DNA of 64,000 nt from the human T2T-CHM13v2.0 reference genome, Homo sapiens: the NCBI RefSeq assembly GCF_009914755.1, contig NC_060935.1; one strand, written 5' to 3'. Each line of letters opens with the position of its first letter. Within the stretch, counting starts at the first letter, position 1. Position numbers and translations under genes: made by a program. Under the pieces are notes generated by a model. It was given only the letters and a program-made list of their open reading frames with translations. It ran no database searches and had not been told where the DNA came from. This document shows, in pieces, positions 18,002-38,717 of this stretch.

Positions 18002-20219
18002 TCAAGAGTTTCCAACCTGGGATGCTCAACTCTGATCTAAGATATAATAAAAGCTGGGGGTGAAGTAGGAGGGACAATTCCAACATTTCAGAAAGACTAA
18101 AGAAACCATACATGTGTTCATTCAGGAAGAATTTCTTGGGTATTTACTATGTATCCACATCCTGTGCTGGGAGTTGGGGACAAACATTCTTATTTCATAT
18201 AGATTAGAAGTTCTGGTTAACAGTTCACATGCCCTTGATTGATTTAAAAATGGAATTTTTTCTTTTCTTTTTTTTTTTTTTTTGAGACAGAGTCTCGCTC
18301 AGTCGCCCAGGCTAGAGTGCAGTGATGTGATCTTGGTTCACTACAACTTCAGCCTCCCAGGCTCAAGCGATTATCGTGCCTCAGCCTCCCAAGTACAGAT
18401 GTGCACCACCATGCCTGGCTAATTTTTGTATTTTTAGCACAGACTGGGTTTCACCATGTGGGCCAGGCTGGTCTCGAGCTCCTGACCTCAAGTGATCTGC
18501 CCACCTCGGCCTCCCAAAGTGTTGGGATTACAGGCGTGAGCCACAGCCCCGGCCAGAAATGAATTTTTTTTTAAGAGATGCGGTCTTGCTCTGTTGTTGC
18601 CCAGACTGGGTGTGCAGTGGCATGATCATAACTCACTGCAGCCTTGAACTTGGGCTCAAGTCATCCTCCTGCCTCAGCCTCCCAAGTAGATGGGACTACA
18701 GGACATTCAACACTGCATCTGGTTATGTAAAAAAATTTTTTTAGAGACGGGTCTTACTATGTTGCCCAGGCTGGTCTTGAACTCCTGGCTTCAAGGCTTC
18801 CTCCTGCCTGAGCCTCCCAAGCAGGTGGGATTACAGATGCAAGCCACCACGCCCAGCAAAAATGAAATTTGTTTGATGAATGTTTTTCAAAATATAGGCC
18901 CATGAGACTTAAATAATAACAGGAACATTCTTCGTAATGAAAAGGCCGGTAACTCTACATATTGTGGGTGTAAAACTGCTTCACAAACTGCGAAGTGCAG
19001 TGCAAATGCAAGTTAAGTTTGGTTGTTCAACAAAACTTTTAGAGGCCACCTCTCTGTGCCAGACCCTGGGCTGAGCACTAAGACTGGTTATTAAGTGATG
19101 ATGTCAGAATCTGAACTCAGGTCCGTTTTACTCCAAGCTTGAGCTCTTAGTCATTACATAAATTACCTTCAGTCTTCCAATACCTTCACTCTTCATTCCC
19201 TTAGTGACTCATTCATTCAACAAAATGTATGTTGGGCCTATTACATGCAAACCTTGTGCCAAACAGAAGAACAGGACACAGTCCCTGCTTTCAAGGAACT
19301 CACAGTGGAGACAGCGAAATAGACGGCTTAAGCATGTAGGTGCTGAGAGGGAAGAATGAAAGGTAGGAGGGGTCAGGTCTTTTTGTGGATGTGGGTTGGA
19401 GGCTGTCAGAGAAGGTTTCCTAAGGGATGTGATGGCTGCTGCTGCTGAGGAATAGATGCATAGTGTTAGAGGAAAGATTTAACCACAAGAGTGGGGATGG
19501 GGACAGGGCTCAGGAATGTCCCTCAGTCTGATTTAGGTGTGTCCTCATTCTCAACTGGTCTGTGGGCTCTCCTAAGATTAAAGTACTGGAGTTAATAGAG
19601 CCAAAGTCAACCGAACTGCTGGAGAAATCTGATTGCCATGACAACATCTCCTACCAGGGGACAGTTCTGCTGACTGGAAGGGAGAAGGCAGAGGAGAGGA
19701 CGCATCTTGACAGCAGCCAAACAATAGAGCTGAGAAAAATAAGCCCAGAACCTCTGATTCTTTCTCCCATAAACCTCAAGGCCCCTTGGCAGGGCTGTTT
19801 GGTTAACCCTGAAGTCACCTCTGTAAAGCTCGCAGTTAAATGCAAAGCTGCAGAGTTTAACCCTTGAATGGACCAATATGTTCTCATTACTCCTACACCA
19901 CTGAAAGCTCTCAGGTCCTCCTAATGTCCCCATGTTACAGGCAAGGAAAGCTCAGACAGAAGTCACACAGCTAGGATGTGATGAAGTTGGAGCTGAGATG
20001 ATACCTGTATTAGCATGACTCCAACACAGTAAGGGTGCCTCACCGCCATCCTTCCCAACATCCTGCCCCCCTACTGCCAATACTTTGATATGTGCCCAGG
20101 GCCCTTTGCTTTCCGTCTCTGGAACTAAGCTTAGTCATCTGTGAAATAGGGAGGCAAAATGGACCAAAAGAATGCTAAGCTTCCCCAGCTCTGAAAGTCT
20201 AACAGATCCAATCACATCA

Positions 20220-20396
<177 letters not shown>

Positions 20397-20485
20397 TTAG
20401 CTGGGCCCTGGTGGTGCATGCCTGTAATCCCAGCTACTTGGGAGGCTGAGAATTGCTTGAACCCGGAAGGCAGAGGTTGCAGTGA

Positions 20486-20887
<402 letters not shown>

Positions 20888-22189
20888 TAGGTGGTCCACC
20901 CACCTCTGCCTCCCAAAGTGCCGGAACTACAGGCATGAGCTACCACGCCTGGCTGAGAGTACGTTTTCTGAAGTACAAATCTGATCCTGTCACTCCCTGC
21001 ATTAAACACTTGAGTAACTTTTCATTCCCTTCCAGATAAACAGCAGACTCCATAACAAGGTTTAGAGGCCCTTTGCAACTAGGCTGCTACTTCACCCCTC
21101 GCAATCAACTACCAGAACTGCCTGCTGCTCCCCACTCCTCCAATCCAGAGCTGGGCAAGCCCCCTCACCTCCAGAAGCTCACTCACTTGGCCATCCGCAC
21201 TCCTTTCTCTGACCCCACTCATCCTTCAGATGAATTCCTCTGGGAGTCCTTCGGGGTGGGTTGTCTCACTGTGATCCCAGAAAGTCCTACACTACTATAC
21301 TTCCACTGGCCTGGCAGTTCTTCCCTTGCAATTCCCTGTTTCTTCATTGACTGTGAGGTTCCTGGCCAAGTGCTGTGTTTCATGCCTGTAATCCCAGCAC
21401 TTTGGGAGGCTGAGGTAGGAGGATTGCCTGAGCCTAAGAGTTTGAGACCAGCCTGGGTCTCACCAACATGGCGAGACCCCATCTCTATTTTAACAAACAA
21501 ACAAACAAACAAAAACTCTGTGAGGCTCCTAAGGGAGGGGAATATCCTCTGATTTACAGGAGCATCTAGTATTCTGTTCAAGGCCAATCTTGCCCTACCT
21601 GGCATCATGCACAGTGCCTTACACTTCCCCAGTAATTCATTCAGGCATTTATGGAACACCTAGGGTGGTCCTGGCACTAGGCATGTGGCTTTGTCAATAG
21701 CCAACAACAATGACGTGATCATGGCCCTATTAGAGAGAGCCACGCTGCCCTGCTGCTGGATCTGCTTTCTCTTCCTCCAGGTCTTCAGGATGACTCTCAG
21801 TGCAGGAGAGAACCCGAATGTTCTGCTCCCAGAGTGCACGCAGCCTTTTCCCCATCCTCCTCCCCAACTCCCCTCACCCAAGCTGGGGACCAGGCAGGCA
21901 AGCAGAGGGATTTGGGACCCAGCCAGAGGGCAGGGGCAGGCTGAAGACCCAGCCAAGGGGCAGGGGCAGGCTGGAGAGGGCTGCAGGTGAGGGAAAGATC
22001 CTCTGGCCGAGCTGGTTGGATGGGCTTCTCCCACCGGGAGCAAGGGAGAAGGTGGGGCAGAGGAGGAGTCGTGGGCTAGGACAAGCCGGTGGGGAAGAGA
22101 GAAGGGAAAGGAACTAAAGACCCAATGTAGAGGGAGGAAGCAAAAGGGCAAAGAGGAAAGGCTGGACAGAGCCAAACCAGAAAGGGACA

Positions 22190-22590
22190 CCGAGGCGCGA
22201 AAGGAGAGTGATCCCAGCAGGAGGGACGGCAAAGATTGAAGAGAGCGACCAGCCCGAGGTGAAGGGGGACAGCGCGCCAGAAGCAGGGGGCTCGGGCGTC
22301 TGGGAGGGACGGGCAGGAGAAACTGGAAGGGAGGGAAGAGGCGGAGGGAAGAGGCGGAGGACAGAGGCGCGGGGACGCAGCTAGCCTCGCACTTACCGTC
22401 GGCCGCCTGGGCCGGGGGGACTGGGGCAGAGGGGTCTGGCTCGTCATCCTGCCCACTGGCCGCTCCACTGCGCAGCCCTGCCACATGCAGATCACTTGGG
22501 CCAGCGGAAGTGCCCCTGGCTGCCCGCCCCTAGGTGGGAACACCGAGGCTCAAGGCGGGACGGGGCTGAGCCAGGCGTGGCTTGCAGTGA
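22190..22590 (-). promoter_or_regulatory. KCTD14 proximal CpG-rich promoter and first exon region
   Basis: High GC and CpG content. ETS-like GCGGAAGTG at about 22504-22512 and GC box GCCCGCCCC at about 22522-22530, just upstream of the ATG. Confidence 0.75.
22397..22486 (-). CDS. KCTD14: KCTD14 coding exon 1 (MWQGCAVERPVGRMTSQTPLPQSPRPRRPT, 30 aa)
   Basis: ATG at 22486-22484 and consensus donor ACG|GTAAGT at 22397/22396. Phase 0 join to exon 2 gives 255 aa, matching the KCTD14 protein as I recall it. Lies in a CpG-rich region. Confidence 0.93.
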
Positions 22591-23335
22591 GACTGGGCCA
22601 AGTGCAGAAAGAAATGGACAGTCTGTCTATTTGGGGCTTCTAAAAGTTGTTAGGCCCTGAGAAGGGCTGACTTTGGAGACCGAGAAATGGAGCAGACCCC
22701 TTAAGGACTGACCTTTTGATATAGATTAATTTCCTTCCTTTTCTTTCTTTCTTTCTTTTTTTTTTTTCAGAGACAGGGTCTCACTCTATCGCTCAGGCTG
22801 AAGTGCAGTGGCGGATCAGGCTCACTGCAACCTCAACCTCCTGGGCTCAAGTGATCCTCCCACCTCAGCCTCCCAAAGTGGTGGGATTACAGGCCTGAGC
22901 CACGGCAACTTGCCTCTTCCTATATTTTCTTTTACGCTTAAATAAATTACTTAAACATATTGCTTGAATCCCGTTATTAAAGTTGACATTAGTTAATGCC
23001 CCTCTCTGGGCCTCGGAGTTCCCAGTAGTGAAATGGGGGAGGCAGAAGGAATTGACATTGACTGACATTGACAACCAGAGACTTTCTATTCCCTACAGTC
23101 CTAGGGAGTGAAAGATCCGCAACACCCATTTTACAGATCAGAAAACTGGCGCTCTAGGAGGTAGGGTGGTGTTAAAATGTAAAGTCTGAGGATCAACAAA
23201 ACTTTTTTAAGAGTATACTTGAGTAACAGGCAATTCTTGAATCGGGGAACACCAGATGGAAAGAGGTTGAGTGTTCCCATGACAATGCATCAGAGGCAAA
23301 TATTTATGGGGAGAATATGGAAGCAAGATATTTTA

Positions 23336-24780
<1,445 letters not shown>

Positions 24781-25222
24781 TTGACCCAAGTTAAGTTTTG
24801 CTTATGTTTGCAAATCCAGCAAGGCTGAGTTCCCTTATGAGGCCTAACTAGCATTGTCTAGCCAGGGATTCTTCAGGCCTGATCTCCATTTTAATTTACT
24901 ATAACAGTGGCCAGTGTAGACTATTTAGCCAGCCCAGGGCAGCTGCTTGGAGTACAAAGCATGCCCACTGGTGAAAAGAGTTAGGTATCTGTTTTGTGGG
25001 GTTGTTTTCCTAGAGTTAAAATATAACTCTAAAGGAGAGGGAGCATAATTTCCCACTCCTTAAGTGTGGGTTATGCGCCGTGACTTCTTCCAACGAGTAC
25101 AATATGGGAAGGAGGAAAAAGAGAAGAAACTTTACATTGGGGAAACTGATCAATACTACTCCAGCCAGGTGACCAAAATCAGTTGCCAACAGTTATCGAT
25201 CATGACAACAGTATGTGCTTGC

Positions 25223-27340
<2,118 letters not shown>

Positions 27341-27619
27341 TGTTGATAGTACCGAGTATATACCCTTGATGTGATGTGAGGAAAATGATCTTCCTCCCCA
27401 AAACTCATAACCTCAGTTCAATCATGAGAAAAACATCAGAGAAATTTCAATAGAGGGACATCCTATAATATAACTGACCAGTACTCCTCAAAACTATCAA
27501 GGTCACCCAAAAGAGGAAAAATCTGAGAAACTGTCACAGTCAAGAGCATCCTAAGGGGCCAGGAGCAGTGGCTCACGCCTGTAATCCCAGCACTTTGGGA
27601 GGCTGAGGCGGGTGGATCA

Positions 27620-28151
<532 letters not shown>

Positions 28152-28439
28152 TCAGGCACAGTGGCTCAGCACTTTGGGAGGCCGAGGTGGGCAGATCACT
28201 TCAGGTCAGGAGTTCGAGACCAGCCTGACCAATATGGTGAAACCCCATCTCTACTAAAAATACAAAAATTAGCTGGGCATGGTGGTGCATGCCTGTAATC
28301 CTAGCTACTGGTGAGGCTTAGGCATGAGAATCGCTTGAACCCGGGAGGCGGAGGTTGCAGTGAGCCAAGACCATGCCACTGCACTCCAGCCTGAGCAAAA
28401 GAGCAAGACTCTGTCTCCAAAAAAAAAAAAAAAAGAGAG

Positions 28440-29220
<781 letters not shown>

Positions 29221-30432
29221 TAGCCAGGATGGTCTCGATCTCCTGACCTCATGATCCACCTGCCTCAGCCTCCCAAAGTGCTGGGATTACAGGTGTGAGC
29301 CATCGCGCCTGGCCTTTCTGTGAGAAAATTTCTTTAGAGCAAGAGCTCTCTCTGTCTCCATTCCTGGACAGGAATATAAAACCTGCTTGCTTCTTTTTTC
29401 CCCCCCTCCAATTGCGTGTTCTTTCTTTGCCACCAATGCAAAGTAGGAAAAAAACTCAGTTTTCCAGTGACATTAGCACATTTGACCCTGGCAGTTCAAA
29501 ATAGGCATTAGCACCTCCATTTTCTATATGAGGACCCCAAGGCTCCCAGAGATGAAGCACCTCTTTGAGTCAGTCAGACCAGGAGACGAGAGAGCAGGGC
29601 TCTAGTTTCGGCTCTGCCACCAGTTTGCAGTACCACCTTAGACACGTCCCTGCCCCTCTCTGGGCCTCAGTTCTCCACCTGTAATATGGTGGGGGTTTGT
29701 GTATTTTCTGAGATGGTCTCTGTGATCCTGCCTTGCTTGATGCTATGGCAACAAAAGAATTCAAACAGCCCCTTGCTATTGCCTATCACTGGATCTTGTT
29801 TCCCTTTGGCCTGACTCCAAGAGCAAGCACTGCTTCCTTCTGCCCTCCCCTCACTCACTCCCCTCTGTTCTTCAGGAGACAATGCGGCCAGCCCCTCTCC
29901 CCTCCAGGCGGCTGGGCTTTAGGCCAGCCAGCCAAATGGCAGCTGGGACTCAGATGAAAGGGCCCTCAGAAGGCTGCTTGTGGCAGAGTGCCCAGCCTAG
30001 CCCAGCCCAGGCTTGGCAGCCTGGGGCTCAGCTGTGCCACGAGGCATCCTGTCCACCCGCTCCCATACAAGGCTCCCTCTGTGAGTCCTGCAGAGAAGGA
30101 GACCCCTGCCAGCCCACAAGGACCCTCTTCCCCTCCCTCTGCTCCATACCTGCTTGAGAAATATGCAAGTCTGTAGAGAATGGTCCAGGACTACATCAGA
30201 TTGATCTGACTGTGCCAGGCACTTTGGAGAGCTTTATCCCATTGACTCTTCAGAATAACGCTGATAGCAAGTAATGGTTTTTTTTTTTTTTTTTTTGAGA
30301 CAGAATCTCACTCTGTCACCCAGACTCTAGGCTGGAGTGCAGTGTCACTAACATAGCTAACTGAAGACTCGACATCCTGGAATCAAGCAACCCTCCTGCC
30401 TTAGCCTCCCAAGTAGCTGGGATTACCGCTAA

Positions 30433-30852
<420 letters not shown>

Positions 30853-32097
30853 TAGCGGTCTGCCCACCTCGGCCTCTCAAAGTGCTGGGATTATAGGCGT
30901 GAGCCACAGCACCCAGCCCGTAATCCCTTTTTAGAGAGGAGGAACACATATTTGCCTACTGTGTGTCAATCATGGCACCAGGCACTGGGGAAAGAGCAGT
31001 GAACCAGGGGGCAAGAGCTAACCTCAAGGGGCCCATTGTCAGCTGTAATTGAATAACCACAGAAATGAATATCTGGTTTCACAGTGTGACCAGTGCTCTG
31101 AGAAGAAAGTGGAAGAAACTATAGATATGGATAGACATGCTAAAGAGCCCATAGGTAATGGTGGATCACAGATAATGGTGGCTCACAGATAATGGTGAAC
31201 CAATGTGTCCTCCTTCCCTTTGGGAAGTCCCCCACTCCACCCAGGGAATTCTTTATTTAGAAGCAAGTCCCCTGAACTCTGGGAGCCTCATATTCTTCAG
31301 TTCAAAAATGGGAGTTTTGATGCCCCTACCATTTCTGGGAGGAATCTGGGAGGCCCTGTACTGTCAGTGCCAGGCACAGGGAGGCACTGGGAGGAAGTAT
31401 GGCTGGGCTTCCTTCAAACCACTCCACTTGATTGGGTCCCAGCCCCAGCAAGCTCCTTTCTGGAGGGAGCAGGCAGCCAGAGCTTCTGGATAAGGTTAGA
31501 ACCTGCTCAGTTTCAGCCTTGACTGGAAGAACAGAGAGCCTGGCTGGAAGCCAGGCATTTCCCCAGTTCACCAGCTCTTGGGCCTTTTAACCCCAAAAAT
31601 GCCTCTTGCAAGGCACAGGAGTCAAGATGCCCAGGCTAGGAAATGGTAGTAAAAGGTAACCTTTGTTTCACAGGCATTATCTCATTTAATCTTCACAACA
31701 ACCCTATAAGGAAGACTAAAGGAAGATTAAAACCACCCCCATTTTCCAGGTGATGAAATTGAAGCTTAGAAAGCCTATTTTGCTAAACCACGATTCAAAT
31801 CCAGGCAGTCTGGCTTCAGGAACTGCTCTGTTGTCCACACCCTGCCCTTCCAGGCCAGGACAGTACTGCCCTACTCCCAGCCTTGCCCTCTTTCCTCCAC
31901 ATCTTCTCTGGGAGAACATAAAGTGATCTACTTCTTTTTTTTTTTTTTTTTTTTGAGACAGCATCTCAATTTGTCACCCAGTCTGGAGTACAGTGGTGCA
32001 AAGATGGCTTAATGCAGCCTCAACCTCTCAGGCTCAACCATGTCACCCCCAACAGGTACAGCACCATGCCCAGCTAATTTTTAAATTTTTTTTATAG

Positions 32098-32214
<117 letters not shown>

Positions 32215-33119
32215 TAGTCTACTTCAAATCTACCACTAGGCTGCTGTCAGACCTGGGGCCTCAGTGTCCTCATCTGCAAAATGAGGAGGGAAGAGTTGGG
32301 CTTGAGTATGGTTAAGATCCCTTCCAACTCTATCAGTCTTTGTTCTTTCTAGCATAAGTGGTGTCAGCATAAGCCCTTGAAAGGCATGAGGTACCATTTC
32401 CATTCTTAGGATTAGCCCCTAGAGCACACATGTGCAAAGACACTATGTGCACAAGAATGTTCGTTGCATCATTGTTTGCAAAAGCAAAAGACCAGAAGCA
32501 GCCTAAATGTCCATCATTTGGGGACTGGTTAAATAAGAATATATCCATATAGTAGAACACTCTTCTATTATTGAAAATGAGGTGAATCTCTGTGGCTAAT
32601 ATAGGAAGGTCACCAAGATAACAAAGACAGGGGCAGGGCACGGTGGCTCACGCCTGTAATCCCAGCACTTTGGGAGGCCGAGGAGGGCAGATCACTTCAG
32701 GTCAGGAGTTCAAGACCAGCCTGGCCAACATGGTGAAACCCTGTCTCTACTAAAAATACAAAAATTAGCCGGGCATGGTGGCAGGCACCTGTAGTCCCAG
32801 CTACTCAGGAAGCTGAGGCAGGAGAATCACTTGAACCCAGGAGGCAGAGGTTGCAGTGACCTGAGATTGTACCACTGTACTCCAGCCTGGGCAACAGAGC
32901 GAGACTCCTTCTCAAAAAAAAAAAAAAAATTAGCCAGCTGTTGTGGCACATGCCTGTAATCCTAGCTACTTGGGAGGCTGAGGCACGAGGATTGCTCGAA
33001 CCAGAGGTAGAGGTTGCAATGAGCCGAGATCACACCACTGCACTACAGCTTGGGTGACAGAGTAAGACTCCATCTCAAAAAAAAAAAAAGATAACAAAGA
33101 CAATAATAGTGTGTGTGTA

Positions 33120-33153
<34 letters not shown>

Positions 33154-33202
33154 CACATTATATATAATACATATATGCACACCATTGCATTTGCAACGGT
33201 AA

Positions 33203-33529
<327 letters not shown>

Positions 33530-34896
33530 TAAATTTTTTGTAGAGACGAGAACTTCCTGTGTTGCCCAGGCTGAACTCCTGGGCTCAAGCAATTCTCACT
33601 GGCTTTCCAAAATGCTGGAATTACAGGTGTGAGCCACTGTGCCTGGAGGAAAATTACTTTTCATTGTATATTATTTTATACTGTCTTAATCTTTCTCTCT
33701 CTCTCTCTCTCTCTGCCTCTCTCCTCTCTCTGTTTTTCACCCAAACACTCTGTATGGGTGTTTCTTTCTTTCTTTCTTTCTTTCAAGTCATGTGTGGAGG
33801 ACAGATTGTGCGACCTGGGTTCAAGTCCTGGCCTTGACATTAACTACATGGTCTTGTACAAATCTCGTCTTTTTGCTGGGCTAAGTAATCTTTCAGGTCC
33901 CTTCAGTGCAGAGGTGGGAACGGACAGCCCACGTGTTTTCAAGACAGTCTGAGTCATCCCCAAACAGACTATAGCCAAGCAGGGGACCCTGCTCACCGCG
34001 GCCTCAGTGATCTCAATCCCTCTTGCCTGAGTTTATGGGCCATGAGCTCTCCGAGGTACACTGTAGTGAACATGTGTAACATTTCCACCCTGCTTTTATT
34101 CACTCTCCTTTGTAAAGAACAACGGCTTTGCTTCGGGGGCCACCCTCTTCTTTACTCTCTACCGCCACCATCTTGCCACCATATGTAGCCTGAGATTGAA
34201 GTTAACCTACAAAGGAACATAGAACTAAGAGTTGATGAGAACCTGATTGCCGGCTATCATTTGAGCACTGATGAAGCTCTGCCTAAGGCCCTACCCCTGG
34301 AGTTTCCAGTTAGGTGACCGAGGGTTTTTCTTTTTGACTTACGCCACTTTACAATGGGTATATCTGTCACTTCTGGCATTCTAAAGAGGCCAGTGGAAGT
34401 GGAGAGCATGCTGTAACTCTTCTACCTGTCTCTCCAGATCCACTCCAGCCTTTTCTACTCTGGGAGGCTGATCCTTTTGGGGTGCATCCACAGGCTTCCA
34501 TGCACCCTGGCTTCCAACTGAGTTTGGCCAATGGGAGCTTAGCGGGAGATCAGAGGCAAGAGGAGGCAGAAGCCAGAATATTCCTTCCCGGGCCCTCTCC
34601 CTGTCGAGTTCCTATACATTGGCTGCATCCCTCTTCTGAAGGTCCCAGCCCGTGATAGCTGTCTCCACACAGCTATCATCTCAGTTCTGCTAACTGCCCC
34701 CTTCCTCACCCTGTTACTAACCCTCAGGGTCTGCACTATCTCTTGTTACTCTCCCCAAACCCTGCCAAAGGGACTCTTTGTAAAGAGTCGCTTTATGGGC
34801 CAGGCGCGGTGGCTCACGCCTGTAATCCTAGCACTTTGGGAGGCCGAGGCGGGTGGATCACTTGAGGTCAGGAGTTCGAAACCAGCTCAGCCATCA

Positions 34897-35172
<276 letters not shown>

Positions 35173-35233
35173 TCACTTGAGGTCAGGAGTTTGAGACCAG
35201 CCTGGCCAACATGGTGAAACCCCGTCTCTACTA

Positions 35234-35389
<156 letters not shown>

Positions 35390-36816
35390 TCAAAAAAAAA
35401 ACAAAAGAGTCCCTTTATGAAAGTCTCCTGAAATACCCAGCTTGAGAGAGCTATCTATGTTCTGCCTGCATATCTATATGTGTTTCAAGTGTGAGTGTGA
35501 ATGTGTGTGCACACATGTGCATGCATTGTGTCTATGCTGTACACTTGACAGTCTCAAACTGGGACAAGAGGGGAGCTGATTTTCACAGGTGCTCACCATG
35601 TGCCAGACTCCATGCAGGGTACTTTGTATGCACGATTGAGTTTCATCCTCACAATTCTATAAAGTGGGTATTTTTAGCCACATTTCACAAAAGATAAAAC
35701 CAAGGCCCAGAGAGGTGAAGACACTCACCTAAAGTCCCACAGCTAAATAAATAGAGGAAACAGGATTCAAAACCCATATACATCTGGCTGTAAAGCCTGT
35801 GTTCTTTAGCCTCCTCCCGGCACTGCTTTCCCAAATGCCTGGCTCATTCTCATACTTTAGATCTCAGCTTAAATGTTACCTTTCCCAAGAGGCCTTCCGT
35901 GACCACTCTATTTGAAGGCTGTCATCAATGATTCTTTTTAGTAAGACATTACTTTTCCTTCAGGACATGCCTTTGTTTACTGAATGTCTGCCCCAAGCTC
36001 CATGAGGGCAGCCAGTCTCCACATCTGTGGTTTTGTTCACCACTGTGATCCTGGTGCTGAGCACATGTGGCTGCTACATGCTAGGCCCCGGATAAATCGC
36101 TGCTAAGTGAAAACATGGCAAAGGAAAGGAACAGACATGTATTAATTGCCTGCCCAATGCCAGGCATTTTACACAGTTTGTCTTAGGAAGTACATGCTGT
36201 TGTCCCATTTTGCTAATGAGGAAACCAAGGCCAAAGAAGGAATATGACTTTCCCAAAGTCACGGAACCATGAGCCAGGGTTCAAAACCAGGTCCCTCTGA
36301 GCCACAGCTGTGCTCATTCCATGGTGCCCTCTGTCCCCTACTCAGGTGTCCACCACAGGATGAGAGGCAGAGGGGCCAATCAGTAAAACTCATGTGAATC
36401 ATTCCTGGACAATCAGAAACTGGGGAGCAAATAGTGCCTGCTGCAACCACTCCCCCGGGGCCAGCCACTCTCAGACCTCGTGGGCACACGCCCTCCCAGC
36501 CCAGCCAGGACACATCCTCTTCCCTGTTTGCCCTCAGGCTCTAGGCCCAGCTCCACCTATTCTGTGACCTCCACAAACACTGTTTCTGGGCTCTCTTTGC
36601 AGGGCTACTTATGGCTGATAACTTGCTCTCCAAGCTCCCAAGGGCCAGCTCCAAGGCCCTGAGCACCAGGGACTGGTGCACTCCTGAGCCCTGTGAGTAG
36701 GCCAGTTCACCAGCTGGTGCCAATAAAGAAGGGACCTCCTGCTGAGCCCCCAGAACTATACTCATCCCAGGCTGGCACATGGGAGGACCTTTTCCTACCT
36801 CCTCCCTTTGCTTTCA

Positions 36817-37052
<236 letters not shown>

Positions 37053-37897
37053 TCAAAAATAAATAAATAAAAAAAATCATTGCCTCCCTAATGGGAGGCT
37101 TCTGGGATGCTGAATAAAGTTCTTTTTCTTGAGCTAGGTGCTGGTTCCACAAGTGTGCTCACTTTGTGAATATTAACTTAGGTGCATTCCTCTGTGTGTA
37201 AGTTACATTTCAATAAAAAGTTGACCAAAAAAAAAAAAAAAATCAGTGCCACCTGACTCTTGCCCCAGGCTTCCCCACCAGACCAGCATGGATTAAGGCA
37301 CTCTGCCCCCCACACCATCCTTTCTCTCTACTTCCCCAAACATATCCAGAGGCCCTTCCCATGTAAGGGTTTCTGACTGAAAATTGGCCAGCAAAGACAG
37401 GACAGAACGAAGTAGCCAACATGGGCAGCGTCCCAAGTCTTGGGACCTCGGGTGTCCTGTTCCTGGTGGACAGCTCCTCCTGCCTTCTCTGAGACATCTT
37501 TTGAAGCCCCATAGGCCTTTCCCTGGTCCAGTTCGAGTGAGAGGTTCTCGCATCCTCTCCCTATTCTTACCCCAAACCTCTTTCTCAGGCCATGCTGATG
37601 GCCTCTGGCCTGCAGGGCCAATTTTCTGGTGCCCAGGACCACGTGCAAACAATTATTGTTTACCAACTGTCCACTGTCACTCAGAAGGGCATCTCCCATG
37701 GCCTGGACCCAGGACCTCTCCCAACTTGTCCTCCTTGGGTTCCTGGAGAGGAATCAACCGCACCCCATCTGGCTCCCCGCTCACTGGCTCCCCAGCCCAA
37801 GTGCGTAGGCCCCAGCTGGTTACCCCAAGTGAACAGCTTCTCCACCATCTCACACAGCCCAGACACCTGGACCCAAGAGAGGGGGTGACCTGCATAC

Positions 37898-37992
37898 CTA
37901 ATGGGTGGTGGCAGCAGAACTCCCCACAGCAAACACAGCAGGGGTGTCAGAGAGGGATCCTGGGGACAAGCAACAGAGGCCAATGTCACCCC
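37898..37992 (-). other. 95-nt internal exon (KCTD14 distal-promoter variant / NDUFC2-KCTD14 read-through exon)
   Basis: Strong acceptor ttctctttctgtttcag|G at 37993/37992 and donor TTAG|GTATGC at 37898/37897. No ATG inside. Confidence 0.65.
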
Positions 37993-38549
37993 CTGAAACA
38001 GAAAGAGAATTTCTTAGAAGACTATCAGTGTTCACAAAGGACGAGGACCAGGAGTTCAGAGGGCCCAGGCCAGGAGCCTGACTGGAGCCACACTGCAGAA
38101 CTGGATGGCTACTGCTGCTGTGGTCACGGTCAGGCCCGGATGTACCAGGGGCTGCCAGCAAAAGAATCCCATCTCTTGCAAGGGATTCCATAGCGGGAGC
38201 AAGGGCCAGGAATTGGCGCCCTGCCTAAAACTCATGGGAATTTCCCCAGAAGGGAGAATATGGGGCTAGGAGGGAAGGAGTAGAGTCTGGACTTTAGATT
38301 ACAAAAAAAAAAAAAAAAACACAAAAAAACAGGTGTCTCTGACCACAGGGTTGGGCTGAACTGAATTTCAAGAGGACCTTGAACTGGGACAGGGTTGGTG
38401 CCACCCCTACTACATATATATCCACTAACAAAACTTGAATCATGCCATTTAAAATATTTATTTAACCAGGCCAGGTGCGGCAGTTCATGCCTGTAATCCC
38501 AGCACTTTGAGAGGCCGAGGCAGGCAGACCGCTTGAGCCCAGGAGTTCA

Positions 38550-38717
<168 letters not shown>

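Noticed and set aside
21660-22484. 274-aa minus-strand ORF
   Set aside because: Low-complexity Pro/Ser/Leu read-through of a GC-rich promoter and intron, out of frame with KCTD14, with no recognisable domain.
37384-38193. 269-aa plus-strand ORF
   Set aside because: Non-ATG start, no family resemblance, and GC-rich sequence antisense to a plausible exon.
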